A stretch of DNA of 60,670 bases. Source: an uncultured Muribaculaceae bacterium. GTDB taxonomy: Bacteria > Bacillota_I > Bacilli_A > RF39 > UBA660. Below are positions 47,338 to 58,398 of this stretch, piece by piece. Made by a program: the position numbers and the translations under genes. Numbering within the stretch: position 1 is the stretch's first letter; every line of letters begins with the position of its first letter. The DNA is taken from contig CAYJEO010000001.1 in the NCBI GenBank assembly GCA_964369355.1, positions 31,090 to 91,759 of the forward strand, in the 5' to 3' direction. A model generated the notes under the pieces. It saw nothing but the letters and a program-made list of their open reading frames with translations. It made no database searches and had not been told where the DNA came from.

Positions 47338-47361
47338 AAAAAAGAATATTTTCATATTCTT
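47338..47361 (-). terminator. Terminator copy B (24-nt repeat) after the 114-aa membrane protein gene
   Basis: Same 24 nt as 45937-45960, 1401 bp away, again abutting a TAA stop. Confidence 0.7.
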
Positions 47362-47705
47362 TATCTTATTATTTTTTCTTCATCTATACTTACTTTTTTA
47401 TCTGTTAGACTTTGTGGTGTGAAGTTTATTATATTTTGTGCTTTTAATGCATCATATATAGCAGGAGCTCCTATAAACGTGAAAACACCAACCCAAATAC
47501 TGTCATATAAAGTTAAATCATAAAATTGAATTGCAAAAGGTATTCCCATAGCAAAAGCTAAAAGTAAATTCATAACCCATATATGCCATCCTTCTTTTAA
47601 CATAGATGATGTTTTTAATTTTTGTATAGCAGTCATTAATATTATTGAAAAAAGCATACTGACCGCTAATATATTTATAAGTTTATCTGGTAAAACTAAA
47701 TCCAT
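47361..47705 (-). CDS. Hypothetical small membrane protein (3 TM)
   Basis: 114-aa ORF with three hydrophobic helices and a charged C-terminal tail. No diagnostic motif. Confidence 0.4.
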   Translation of the reverse strand: MDLVLPDKLINILAVSMLFSIILMTAIQKLKTSSMLKEGWHIWVMNLLLAFAMGIPFAIQFYDLTLYDSIWVGVFTFIGAPAIYDALKAQNIINFTPQSLTDKKVSIDEEKIIR

Positions 47706-47793
47706 ATAATCATCCTTTCTAAAATATTATATTAATATCTAATTACTTTGTACATTATGTATAAGTAGTTTCATATTATTTTATAGGTGAACT

Positions 47794-48219
47794 ATGGAAG
47801 ATAAATATATAAAGCAAAAAGAAGAAGAAATTTTAAATGGACAAATCTTAGGGATTGTTATTTTTTTAATATCTATTTGTTTTTCTTTATATGTTGCTTT
47901 AGAACAAAAGAAATTTTTAGAAGATGAAAATTATCCTATTGATAATGAATTGTTAGAAAGTATTGTTTTTTATAATCGTATTGTCTTAACAATTGCTATT
48001 TTTTATTTTTTATATTTAAGTTATGAAACATTACAGTTAGCTAGACTAACCAAAAGCGATACATATATTGCTTCTTTACAAGTTTTTGCTTCTCTACTTA
48101 TATCTTTTGCTGGTTTAATTAGCTTATATATAATTTTATATAATAAACAAGTTAATAATGACCCTAATGATGGTAGTGATTTAGAAGAAATAATTGATAA
48201 TTTAAATTTTGAAGTATAA
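47794..48219 (+). CDS. Hypothetical membrane protein (3-4 TM)
   Basis: 141-aa ORF, hydrophobic helices, acidic C-terminus. RBS-like TAGGTGAA upstream. Confidence 0.4.
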   Translation: MEDKYIKQKEEEILNGQILGIVIFLISICFSLYVALEQKKFLEDENYPIDNELLESIVFYNRIVLTIAIFYFLYLSYETLQLARLTKSDTYIASLQVFASLLISFAGLISLYIILYNKQVNNDPNDGSDLEEIIDNLNFEV

Positions 48220-48246
48220 AAAAAGATATTAGTTATCTAATATCTC
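48218..48246. terminator. Bidirectional terminator
   Basis: AGATATTAG-ttat-CTAATATCT hairpin (48224-48245) between convergent genes. Confidence 0.6.
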
Positions 48247-48927
48247 TTGTAATTGTTGTACTTTTTCTATATCCATATCTAATACGTTTTTTAAAGGATA
48301 TTCAAGTCCTAATTTTTCATATTTTTCTATAGCCATTGAATGATATGGTAATAATTGTACTTTTTCTATGTTGTTTATATTTTTTATATATTCTTTAAAT
48401 CTTATAATATAATCTTCTGTATCATTTATACCAGGAATTATAACATGTCTTATCCATAGTTTTTTATTTAGTTTTTGACAAACATTTAAAAAATTATCAA
48501 ATTCGTCTTTTTTATGTTTCGCTATTTCAAAAAATTCTTTATCAGTTATTCCTTTTATATCTAATAATACTAAATCTGTATATTTTAATATTTCTTCATA
48601 ATTACCTACACCTATTCCACTTGTATCTAAACAAGTATGAATATTGCAAGTTTTACAAAGTTTTAACATTTCTAATAAGAAATCTTTTTGTAATAAAGGT
48701 TCTCCTCCTGAAAAAGTAACTCCGCCATTATCATTAAAATAATTTTTATATTTTAAAATTTTTCTTATTAATTCATCTGAAGTCATTTCCGTTCCATCAT
48801 TTATATTAAATGTTTCTGGATTATGACAGTATATACATCTATTTTTGCAACCTTGCATAAAAACAACAAAACGAATTCCAGGTCCATCTACTAGACCCAT
48901 TGTATCTATTGAACTAATTTTTCCCAT
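48229..48927 (-). CDS. pflA: Pyruvate formate-lyase activating enzyme
   Basis: GPGIRFVVFMQGCKNRCIYCHNP radical-SAM motif, TFSGGEP. Start overlaps the pflB stop. Confidence 0.92.
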   Translation of the reverse strand: MGKISSIDTMGLVDGPGIRFVVFMQGCKNRCIYCHNPETFNINDGTEMTSDELIRKILKYKNYFNDNGGVTFSGGEPLLQKDFLLEMLKLCKTCNIHTCLDTSGIGVGNYEEILKYTDLVLLDIKGITDKEFFEIAKHKKDEFDNFLNVCQKLNKKLWIRHVIIPGINDTEDYIIRFKEYIKNINNIEKVQLLPYHSMAIEKYEKLGLEYPLKNVLDMDIEKVQQLQEILDN

Positions 48928-51140
48928 TAGATTTTTTCGTGGAATGTTCTTTCAATTACTTCTAATTGTTGTTCTTTGCTTAATCTAACGAAGTTAACTG
49001 CATATCCTGATACTCTTATTGTTAAACTTGGATATGCATCTGGATTGTTCATAGCATCTATTAGAGTTTCTCTATTAAATACATTTACATTAATATGTTG
49101 TGCACCTTGTTTAAAGTATCCATCTAATATATTAACTAAGTTTTGTTTTCTAGATATTTCATCTTGCCCTAAAGCTTGTGGTGTTATTGAGAACGTATTT
49201 GATACACCATCTTGACAAATATCTTTATAAGGTATTTTAGCAACACTATTTAATGAAGCTAATGCTCCACAACAATCTCTTCCATGCATTGGATTTGCTC
49301 CTGGTGCAAATGGAATTGATGCTTCTCTACCATCTGGTGTAGCTCCTGTTTTTTTACCGTATACTACATTTGATGTAATTGTTAACATTGATAATGTATG
49401 TTTAGCATCTTTATATAATTCATGTTGTTTTAATGCATTAATGAAATATTCTACTACTTCCTTTGCTATTAAATCTACTTCATCTAAGTCGTTACCATAT
49501 TTAGGGAAATCCCCTTCGATATTATAACTAATTGCTAATCCATCTTCGTTTCTAACTGGTGTTACTTTGGCATGTTTAATTGCTGATAAACTATCTGCTA
49601 CTATTGATATACCTGCTCCGCCAAATGCCATTAATTTTTCAACATTTGTATCATGTAATGCTAATTGTGCCGATTCATATGCATATTTATCGTGCATGTA
49701 ATGAATTATGTTCATTGCATCTACATATATTTTTGCTACCTTATCTAATACTTTAAAGTAAGCTTTTTTAACTGTTTCGTAATCTAACACTTCATCGTTT
49801 ATTTTTTCTACATCATCTAATACTAGTTTAAATGTTTTTTCATCTACTCCACCATTTATTGAATAAAGTAGTGCTTTAACTAAATTACATCTTGCTCCGA
49901 AAAATTGCATTTGTTTACCTAAAGTCATTGCCGATACACAACAAGCAATTCCATAATCAGATCCATATATTGGTCTCATTTCTTCATCGTTTTCATATTG
50001 TAATGCATCTGTTTCAATTGACATTTTAGCACAATATTCTTTGAAATTTTTTGGTAACTTATCTGACCATAATACTGTCATATTTGGTTCCGGTGCTGGA
50101 CCTAAATTAGTTAATGTATGTAAAAATCTAAATGATGTTTTTGTTACTAAACTATTTTTATCATTTAACATACCAGCAATTGATTCAGTTACCCAAGTTG
50201 GATCTCCAGCAAATAATTCATTATAGTCTGGAGTTCTTAAATGTCTCATTAATCTTAATTTAATTACAAATTGATCGATTAATTCTTGTGCTTCTATTTC
50301 TGTTAATCTACCTTCTTCAATATCTTTTTCAATATAAATATCTAAGAATGTTGATACTCTACCTAAAGATGTTGCCGCTCCATTGTTTTCTTTTGTTCCT
50401 GCTAAGTACGCAAAGTATGTCCATTGTACTGCTTCTTTAGCATTTTTAGCTGGCACTGATAAATCAGCCCCATAAGTTTTAGCCATGTTTTTAATTTTTA
50501 CTAAAGCTTTTATTTGTTCATTTACTTCTTCTCTTAATTGAATAGTTTTATCATTAGTAATGTTTTCTAATTTTAATAAATCTTTTTGCTTTTCGTTTAT
50601 TAAAATATCAATACCATATAACGCTACTCTTCTGTAGTCTCCAATAATTCTTCCTCTACCATAAGCATCTGGAAGTCCTGTTAATAATCCATTACTTCTA
50701 GCTTTTTTAATATCTGTAGTATAAGCATCAAATACACCATCATTATGTGTTTTAATTGTTTCATGAAACGGTTTTAATAATTCACTATTCACTTCATATC
50801 CATAAGCTTCTACTGATTTTTCAGCCATTCTTATTCCACCAAATGGATTTACAATTCTTTTTAGTGGTGCATCTGTTTGAAGACCTACTATTACTTCATT
50901 ATCTTTATCTATATATCCAGGATTAAAATTATCTATTCCTGAAATTATATTAGTTTCTATATCTAATACACCTTTTTGTACTTCTTCTTTTAGTAATTGT
51001 TGACATTTATTCCATATTGCATTTGTTTTATCTGTTGCATTTTGTAAAAAGTCTTCATTACCTGTATATTCAGTGTAGTTTTCTTCTATGAAGTTTGCTA
51101 CATCTATATTTTGTCTCCAAAATTTACCTTTAAAATTCAT
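48927..51140 (-). CDS. pflB: Formate C-acetyltransferase (pyruvate formate-lyase)
   Basis: 737 aa. Active-site CC (IACCVSAM). Glycyl radical motif TIRVSGYAV near the C-terminus. Confidence 0.95.
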   Translation of the reverse strand: MNFKGKFWRQNIDVANFIEENYTEYTGNEDFLQNATDKTNAIWNKCQQLLKEEVQKGVLDIETNIISGIDNFNPGYIDKDNEVIVGLQTDAPLKRIVNPFGGIRMAEKSVEAYGYEVNSELLKPFHETIKTHNDGVFDAYTTDIKKARSNGLLTGLPDAYGRGRIIGDYRRVALYGIDILINEKQKDLLKLENITNDKTIQLREEVNEQIKALVKIKNMAKTYGADLSVPAKNAKEAVQWTYFAYLAGTKENNGAATSLGRVSTFLDIYIEKDIEEGRLTEIEAQELIDQFVIKLRLMRHLRTPDYNELFAGDPTWVTESIAGMLNDKNSLVTKTSFRFLHTLTNLGPAPEPNMTVLWSDKLPKNFKEYCAKMSIETDALQYENDEEMRPIYGSDYGIACCVSAMTLGKQMQFFGARCNLVKALLYSINGGVDEKTFKLVLDDVEKINDEVLDYETVKKAYFKVLDKVAKIYVDAMNIIHYMHDKYAYESAQLALHDTNVEKLMAFGGAGISIVADSLSAIKHAKVTPVRNEDGLAISYNIEGDFPKYGNDLDEVDLIAKEVVEYFINALKQHELYKDAKHTLSMLTITSNVVYGKKTGATPDGREASIPFAPGANPMHGRDCCGALASLNSVAKIPYKDICQDGVSNTFSITPQALGQDEISRKQNLVNILDGYFKQGAQHINVNVFNRETLIDAMNNPDAYPSLTIRVSGYAVNFVRLSKEQQLEVIERTFHEKI

Positions 51141-51247
51141 ATTTTTACCTCTTTTCGCCTAAACATTATATCAAATTAGTGTTTTAAAAACAAGAATCCT
51201 TATGTTTTTTAAAAGAATTTCTTGTCTGTTTTAAAATATTTACTACG

Positions 51248-53239
<1,992 letters not shown>

Positions 53240-53265
53240 CTATTATCATTATACCAAATATTAAT

Positions 53266-53293
53266 AAAAAAAAACATACAATTGTATGTTTTT
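53266..53293 (-). terminator. Terminator between the pseudopilin gene and ligA
   Basis: 18-nt perfect palindrome AACATACAA/TTGTATGTT (53273-53290) followed by 9 U on the minus strand. Confidence 0.65.
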
Positions 53294-53648
53294 AATTACA
53301 TTCTTCCATATATGTAAATTCATATTGATTAGACGATGTTTGAAATGAAACTTCTACACAACCATTCATTACTTCATTGTTAACTGGATTTTTTAAATCT
53401 TCATTTTTAATGTATCCTTCTTCTTTTAAAGTTTGAATTTCCACTTGAATTGTGTTTTCGCTATATAAATATATATTTTCATTTAAGTAAGTTTGTGCTG
53501 CTTGTTCTATTTTTGTTATTTGTTCTTCTAAAGTATTTTCTCTTGCATTTTTTAATATTGAATTAACTGCAACAAATGTAATAGTTGCTAACAATGCAAT
53601 TATTACTAATACTGCTAATAATTCAATTAAAGTAAAGGCTTTTTTCAT
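53292..53648 (-). CDS. ComGC-like pseudopilin (prepilin N-terminal cleavage/methylation domain)
   Basis: MKKA|FTLIELLAVLVIIALLATI leader. 118 aa, small globular domain with VEIQTLKEEGYIKNEDL. Confidence 0.85.
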   Translation of the reverse strand: MKKAFTLIELLAVLVIIALLATITFVAVNSILKNARENTLEEQITKIEQAAQTYLNENIYLYSENTIQVEIQTLKEEGYIKNEDLKNPVNNEVMNGCVEVSFQTSSNQYEFTYMEECN

Positions 53649-53649
53649 A

Positions 53650-53817
53650 TTAGTTACCTTTATTTAAAGAACCATATACAAAACCAAATAAAGCTAGTCC
53701 TACTAAGAAAAATGTCAACCACATAAATGGATTACCTGAGTTATCTAAAATAAACCCTTGAATATTTGACATGAATTTTTCTAATTCTTCTATTATTCCT
53801 TCTAAAAAATTAATCAT
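53650..53817 (-). CDS. Unlisted 55-aa small membrane protein
   Basis: MINFLEGIIEELEKFMSNIQGFILDNSGNPFMWLTFFLVGLALFGFVYGSLNKGN. ATG lies 2 nt after the pcrA stop, with an AAAGGAAG RBS. Its stop is 1 nt before the pilin ATG. One TM helix. Confidence 0.45.
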   Translation of the reverse strand: MINFLEGIIEELEKFMSNIQGFILDNSGNPFMWLTFFLVGLALFGFVYGSLNKGN

Positions 53818-53818
53818 A

Positions 53819-55909
53819 TTAATCTTCCTTTCTTATACTTTTATGCCCCTTCATAAGTTGTTTAATTCCTATTGGATGTTCAAAGGCTATTGTAAGTATT
53901 GATTTATCTATACCTACTATTATACCACTTCCAAATGTATCATGCAAAATTGATTCTCCTAAAGTATATTCAGCATTTTTATCAATGAAACTTTCTTTAG
54001 GTTTTATTTTAGATTCACTTACTAATTCGAATTCATCTATATCTAAAACATCTGCATTTATTTCATTTATAAATCTACTTGGTGGATTATAATTATCACG
54101 ACCAAATAATAATCTTTTTTTAGAATTAGTTATCCATAATTTTTCTTTTGCTCTTGTTATTGATACATAACAAAGTCTTCTTTCTTCTTCAATATCTTCG
54201 TTACTTTGTAGTGAGTTTTGATGTGGGAATATTGTTTCTTCTAAACCTACTATAAATACATTTTCAAATTCTAAACCTTTTGATGAGTGAACAGTCATTA
54301 ATGTAACTACTTCTTTGTTGTCTTTATATTCTTCTTTATCAGCTACTAAACTTATTTCTTCTAAAAATTCTTGTAAAGATACTATTCCACTTTGTTCTTC
54401 AAATGTTTTTGTAATCGATTTAAATTCTTCTAAGTTTTCTAATCTAGAAATTGCTTCTATTGTATTTTCTTTTTCTAATTCATAACGCATTTTAGTTTCC
54501 ACTAATATTGCTTCTATTAATTCTGTTAAAGAAGAATTTTTAGATATTTCTATTAATTTATTTATTATTTTTTTAAATTCTAATTCTTTTGCATTTTCAA
54601 TTGATTCAAATAAACTTCTTTTCTCTAATGTTGCTTTAGATGTTAAATTTTCTAAAGTTTTTAATCCTATACCTCTTTTTGGTACATTAATTATTCTAAG
54701 TAAACTTATATCATCATCTTGATTATATATTAATTTTAAATAACTTATTAAATCTTTTATTTCTTTTCTGTTATAAAAATAAAAACTTCCTACTACTTTA
54801 TAAGGTATATTATTTCTTAATATTTCTTCTTCTATTGTTCTTGATTGTGCATTTGTTCTATATAAAACAGCCATTGAACTTAAAGGATTACCCTCTATTA
54901 TTAATTTTTTAATTTGAGCTACAACGTAATGAGCTTCTTCTTTTTCGTCATATGTTCTATGATATTTTATTTTTAAACCATCATCATTTTGAGTCCATAA
55001 ATTTTTATCTTTTTTCCATTTATTGTTTTTAATAACTGAATTAGCTGCTTCAATTATATTTTTAGTAGAACGATAATTTTGCTCTAATAAAATAACTTTA
55101 GCATCTTTATAATCTTTTTCAAAGTTTAAAATATTTCTATAATTAGAACCTCTAAATCCATATATACTTTGATAATCATCACCAACTACACATACATTTT
55201 GATATTTAGCACTTAACATTTTTATTAATATATATTGTGCTTCATTTGTATCTTGATACTCATCTACCAATATGTATTCAAATCTTTCTTGATATTTTTT
55301 TAAAACATCTTTGTGTTTAGTAAATAGTTTTATTGGTAGCATTAATAAATCGTCAAAATCCAAAGAATTATTAATTTTTAATTTTTCTTGATATCTTCTA
55401 TAAACATTAAGTACTATTTCTTCAAAATGATTATTAGCAAAATTAGAATATTTATCCGGATCCATTAACTCATTTTTAGCACCACTAATTTTACTTTTTA
55501 TAGCTCTTGGATTATATTCTTTTGGATCCAAGTTCATATCTTTTAATATTTTTTTAATAGTTGCTAATGAATCATCTGAATCAATAATAGTAAAATTAGA
55601 TTTAAACCCTAATAAATCATAATTTTCTTTAACTAATAATAAACCAAGTGAGTGAAATGTTGATATTTGTATTTTAAAAGCTAGTGGTCCTAAAATATTT
55701 ACTACTCTTTCCTTCATTTCTTTTGCTGCTTTATTAGTAAAAGTAATAGCTAAAACATTATAAGGATCTACTCCTATTTCATCTACTAAATAAGCAATTC
55801 TAGTTGTTAAAACTTTTGTTTTCCCAGATCCTGCTCCCGCTAATACTAATAATGGTCCATTAATGTTTTTAACCGCTTCTAATTGTTTTTCATTTAATGT
55901 TTTTAACAT
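53819..55909 (-). CDS. pcrA: ATP-dependent DNA helicase PcrA (UvrD family)
   Basis: Walker A AGAGSGKT, DEYQDTN, VLEQNYRS, TVHSSKGLEF. 696 aa. Confidence 0.93.
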   Translation of the reverse strand: MLKTLNEKQLEAVKNINGPLLVLAGAGSGKTKVLTTRIAYLVDEIGVDPYNVLAITFTNKAAKEMKERVVNILGPLAFKIQISTFHSLGLLLVKENYDLLGFKSNFTIIDSDDSLATIKKILKDMNLDPKEYNPRAIKSKISGAKNELMDPDKYSNFANNHFEEIVLNVYRRYQEKLKINNSLDFDDLLMLPIKLFTKHKDVLKKYQERFEYILVDEYQDTNEAQYILIKMLSAKYQNVCVVGDDYQSIYGFRGSNYRNILNFEKDYKDAKVILLEQNYRSTKNIIEAANSVIKNNKWKKDKNLWTQNDDGLKIKYHRTYDEKEEAHYVVAQIKKLIIEGNPLSSMAVLYRTNAQSRTIEEEILRNNIPYKVVGSFYFYNRKEIKDLISYLKLIYNQDDDISLLRIINVPKRGIGLKTLENLTSKATLEKRSLFESIENAKELEFKKIINKLIEISKNSSLTELIEAILVETKMRYELEKENTIEAISRLENLEEFKSITKTFEEQSGIVSLQEFLEEISLVADKEEYKDNKEVVTLMTVHSSKGLEFENVFIVGLEETIFPHQNSLQSNEDIEEERRLCYVSITRAKEKLWITNSKKRLLFGRDNYNPPSRFINEINADVLDIDEFELVSESKIKPKESFIDKNAEYTLGESILHDTFGSGIIVGIDKSILTIAFEHPIGIKQLMKGHKSIRKED

Positions 55910-56019
55910 TTTTATACCACCTACTCTTACGTAATTATACTTTACTAAAATAGTTTAGTCAATGAAATCACCTTATTTTATATATCGAATATAATACATA
56001 GAAAAGAAAGGATGATATT

Positions 56020-57006
56020 TTGAAAAAATATTTAATATTAATAGGTTTAGTATTATTATCTCTTGCTTGTTTTATAGCATTTTTACCTGAGAAAGAAGAT
56101 TCTAATTTAGAGAGCATTACTGTTGCTGAAGTAGCTCACAGTATCTTTTATGCTCCACAATATGTGGCTCATTCTCTAGGTTATTTTGAAGAAGTTGGAT
56201 TAGATGTGGAATTTATTTTAACACCTGGTGCTGATAGTGTTACTGCTGCTGTTTTATCAGGAGATGCTCAAATAGGTTTTTCTGGTAGTGAAGCTTCAAT
56301 TTATGTATATAATGGTGGTGAAGAAGATTATTTAGTTAACTTTGCTGGTCTTACTAAAAGAGATGGTTCTTTTATAGTATCAAGAGAGCCAATAGAAGAC
56401 TTTAGTGTTTCAGATTTAGAAGGAAGTTATGTAATTGGTGGGCGTAAAGGTGGAATGCCTGTTATGACATTTGAATGGATTTTAAAGGAAAACGGGATTA
56501 ATCCTAGTACTGATCTAACAATTGATACTAGTATTGACTTTGCTGCTATGGCTGGTGCATTTATAGGAGGTACTGGAGATTTCGTTAATTTGTTTGAACC
56601 ACAAGCTACTTTAATAGAAAAACAAGGTTTTGGTTATGTAGTTGCTTCTGTTGGTGAGCTAGGCGGTGTAGTTCCTTATACTACTTATAATGCTAGATTA
56701 AGTTACATTGAAGAAAATGGAGAAACTTTAGAAAAATTTAATACTGCTTTACAAAAAGGAATTGATTATGTTTTAAATAATTCCAGTGAAGATATAGCTT
56801 CTGCTATAATAGATTACTTCCCAGATACGTCTTTAACTGATTTAACTAATATCGTGACTCGTTATAAAGATGCTGATTCTTGGTTCAATACTACTTTAAT
56901 AACTGAAACTGATTTTAACCATGTTCAAGATATAATGGAAGAAGCTGGTGAATTAACTTCAAGAGTTGATTATAACAAATTAGTTACTACACAATTTTCA
57001 AAATAA
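56020..57006 (+). CDS. ABC transporter substrate-binding lipoprotein, NMT1/THI5 (SsuA/TauA-like) family
   Basis: TTG start after GAAAGGATGA. Lipobox LLSLAC. Periplasmic-binding fold with APQYVAHSLGYFEEVGLDVEF typical of the NMT1/SsuA family. Confidence 0.75.
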   Translation: MKKYLILIGLVLLSLACFIAFLPEKEDSNLESITVAEVAHSIFYAPQYVAHSLGYFEEVGLDVEFILTPGADSVTAAVLSGDAQIGFSGSEASIYVYNGGEEDYLVNFAGLTKRDGSFIVSREPIEDFSVSDLEGSYVIGGRKGGMPVMTFEWILKENGINPSTDLTIDTSIDFAAMAGAFIGGTGDFVNLFEPQATLIEKQGFGYVVASVGELGGVVPYTTYNARLSYIEENGETLEKFNTALQKGIDYVLNNSSEDIASAIIDYFPDTSLTDLTNIVTRYKDADSWFNTTLITETDFNHVQDIMEEAGELTSRVDYNKLVTTQFSK

Positions 57007-57023
57007 GGCTTAAATGCCTTTTT
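57005..57023 (+). terminator. Terminator after the binding-protein gene
   Basis: AAGGC-ttaaat-GCCTT followed by a T-run. Confidence 0.5.
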
Positions 57024-57070
57024 AATTTGACTTTTTTTATTTTTTTGATATTATATAGCCAGGTGATTTT

Positions 57071-57736
57071 ATGTTATTAAAAACTAATGGATACGAATAT
57101 AAAAATATTAGAGTTTTTAAAAATATTTTATTTAAAAAAACATCTTTATCTAAAGATGCTTCAGAATATATAAAACAATGTGATTTTCATTTTGTAGTTA
57201 ATCCTCTTAGAGTTTTTAATAATGAAATTATTTTACCTTTTTATAAATCTTTTTCTAATTTATATGAGTGTAAGCATAATTTTAATGAATTAGAAATTTA
57301 TACTTTATTATTAAGACAATTAAGATATTTACAAATATTAAATAAAAAAAATATTATTCATGGCGATATTTATCCTTTAAATGTTTTATATAAAAAATAT
57401 GAAGGTATTAAATTAATAGATTTTGATTTATCTATTGTAAATGATATAGTTTCAAAAGACAATATTTATGCAGAAGATAATTTAAATTTAGAAGATTTAA
57501 AATATATTTCTATTAATGATGATAAAAGAGATACTCTTCGTATGTATTTTTATTATTTAATTAATAAAAAATTCAATAATGAAACTTGCTACGACGTTGA
57601 TATTAGCAGTTTAAATATTGATTATGATATTAAAGAAAAAATTCAAATGTTTTTAGATGAAGTTATTGATATTGATCAAGATGATTATTTTATTGATGAT
57701 ATTTTATCTATAGTAAAAGTTAAAAAGATACATTAG
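57071..57736 (+). CDS. Small protein-kinase-like fold protein
   Basis: 221 aa. Catalytic-loop-like IIHGDIYPLNVL and IKLIDFDLS (nt 57359-57427). No obvious Gly-rich loop. Confidence 0.45.
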   Translation: MLLKTNGYEYKNIRVFKNILFKKTSLSKDASEYIKQCDFHFVVNPLRVFNNEIILPFYKSFSNLYECKHNFNELEIYTLLLRQLRYLQILNKKNIIHGDIYPLNVLYKKYEGIKLIDFDLSIVNDIVSKDNIYAEDNLNLEDLKYISINDDKRDTLRMYFYYLINKKFNNETCYDVDISSLNIDYDIKEKIQMFLDEVIDIDQDDYFIDDILSIVKVKKIH

Positions 57737-57748
57737 TATCTTTTTTTT
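57722..57748. terminator. Bidirectional terminator
   Basis: AAGATAC-atta-GTATCTT hairpin with an 8-T run. The kinase-like gene's stop codon lies partly in the loop and partly in the 3' stem arm. Confidence 0.55.
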
Positions 57749-58292
57749 ACATCTTATTTATTAATTTTTGATACACTACTTTCATTTGGTCTTCATTACT
57801 TGTATCTACTACTTTATTAATATCAATCCATTTTACTCCACTTGTTTCCTCTTCATTTAAAATTAATGCTTCTTCTTCTAAAGCTTCTATTAAATAAGTT
57901 ATATTTAAATGAACATGAGCTGAAACATATTTATTTTTTTTATAGTGTCCATTAACATTTAATATTTCTAATGAAAATATATCATTGTTTTTTAACTTTA
58001 GATTTTTTAATCCTGTTTCTTCTTCTACTTCTTTTAAAGCTACTTTTGCTAAATTTTCATCCCCATCTGCATGTCCGCCTGTCCAAGCCCAAGATTTATA
58101 AATATTATGATATATCATTAATACTTTTGTTTTTTCTTTGTTTACGACCCAAGCTGATGCTGTAAAATGACACATTTCATTTTTTCTTGTTAAAACATCA
58201 TCAAAAGTATTTATATATTCAAGCATCAATTTTTTATCATTTTCTTCTTGAACATTTATTGGTTGATATTTTAGTATTGATTCTTTTAACAT
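57747..58292 (-). CDS. NUDIX hydrolase
   Basis: Nudix box GGHADGDENLAKVALKEVEEETGL (GX5EX7REUXEEXGU). Confidence 0.85.
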   Translation of the reverse strand: MLKESILKYQPINVQEENDKKLMLEYINTFDDVLTRKNEMCHFTASAWVVNKEKTKVLMIYHNIYKSWAWTGGHADGDENLAKVALKEVEEETGLKNLKLKNNDIFSLEILNVNGHYKKNKYVSAHVHLNITYLIEALEEEALILNEEETSGVKWIDINKVVDTSNEDQMKVVYQKLINKM

Positions 58293-58370
58293 AGTTACTC
58301 CTTAATTTTTACAATAAATATTTAGATACATCAATTATTGCTATTTAAAATTATAAATTAATTATATCAT

Positions 58371-58398
58371 AAAAAAACAATATAAATTAATATATTGT
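58371..58398 (-). terminator. Terminator after the 585-aa secreted protein gene
   Basis: ACAATATA-aattaa-TATATTGT hairpin followed by 7 U on the minus strand. Confidence 0.55.

Noticed and set aside
47361-47705. 114-aa three-TM protein considered as a phage holin or prophage remnant.
   Set aside because: No adjacent endolysin, integrase or other phage gene, and no diagnostic holin motif I can name. Left as a hypothetical membrane protein.
55910-56019. TPP riboswitch expected upstream of a THI5/NMT1-like binding protein (also checked 60145-60260).
   Set aside because: No CTGAGA / ACCTGATCTGGATAATGCCAGCG-type elements, and the regions are too short and unstructured.
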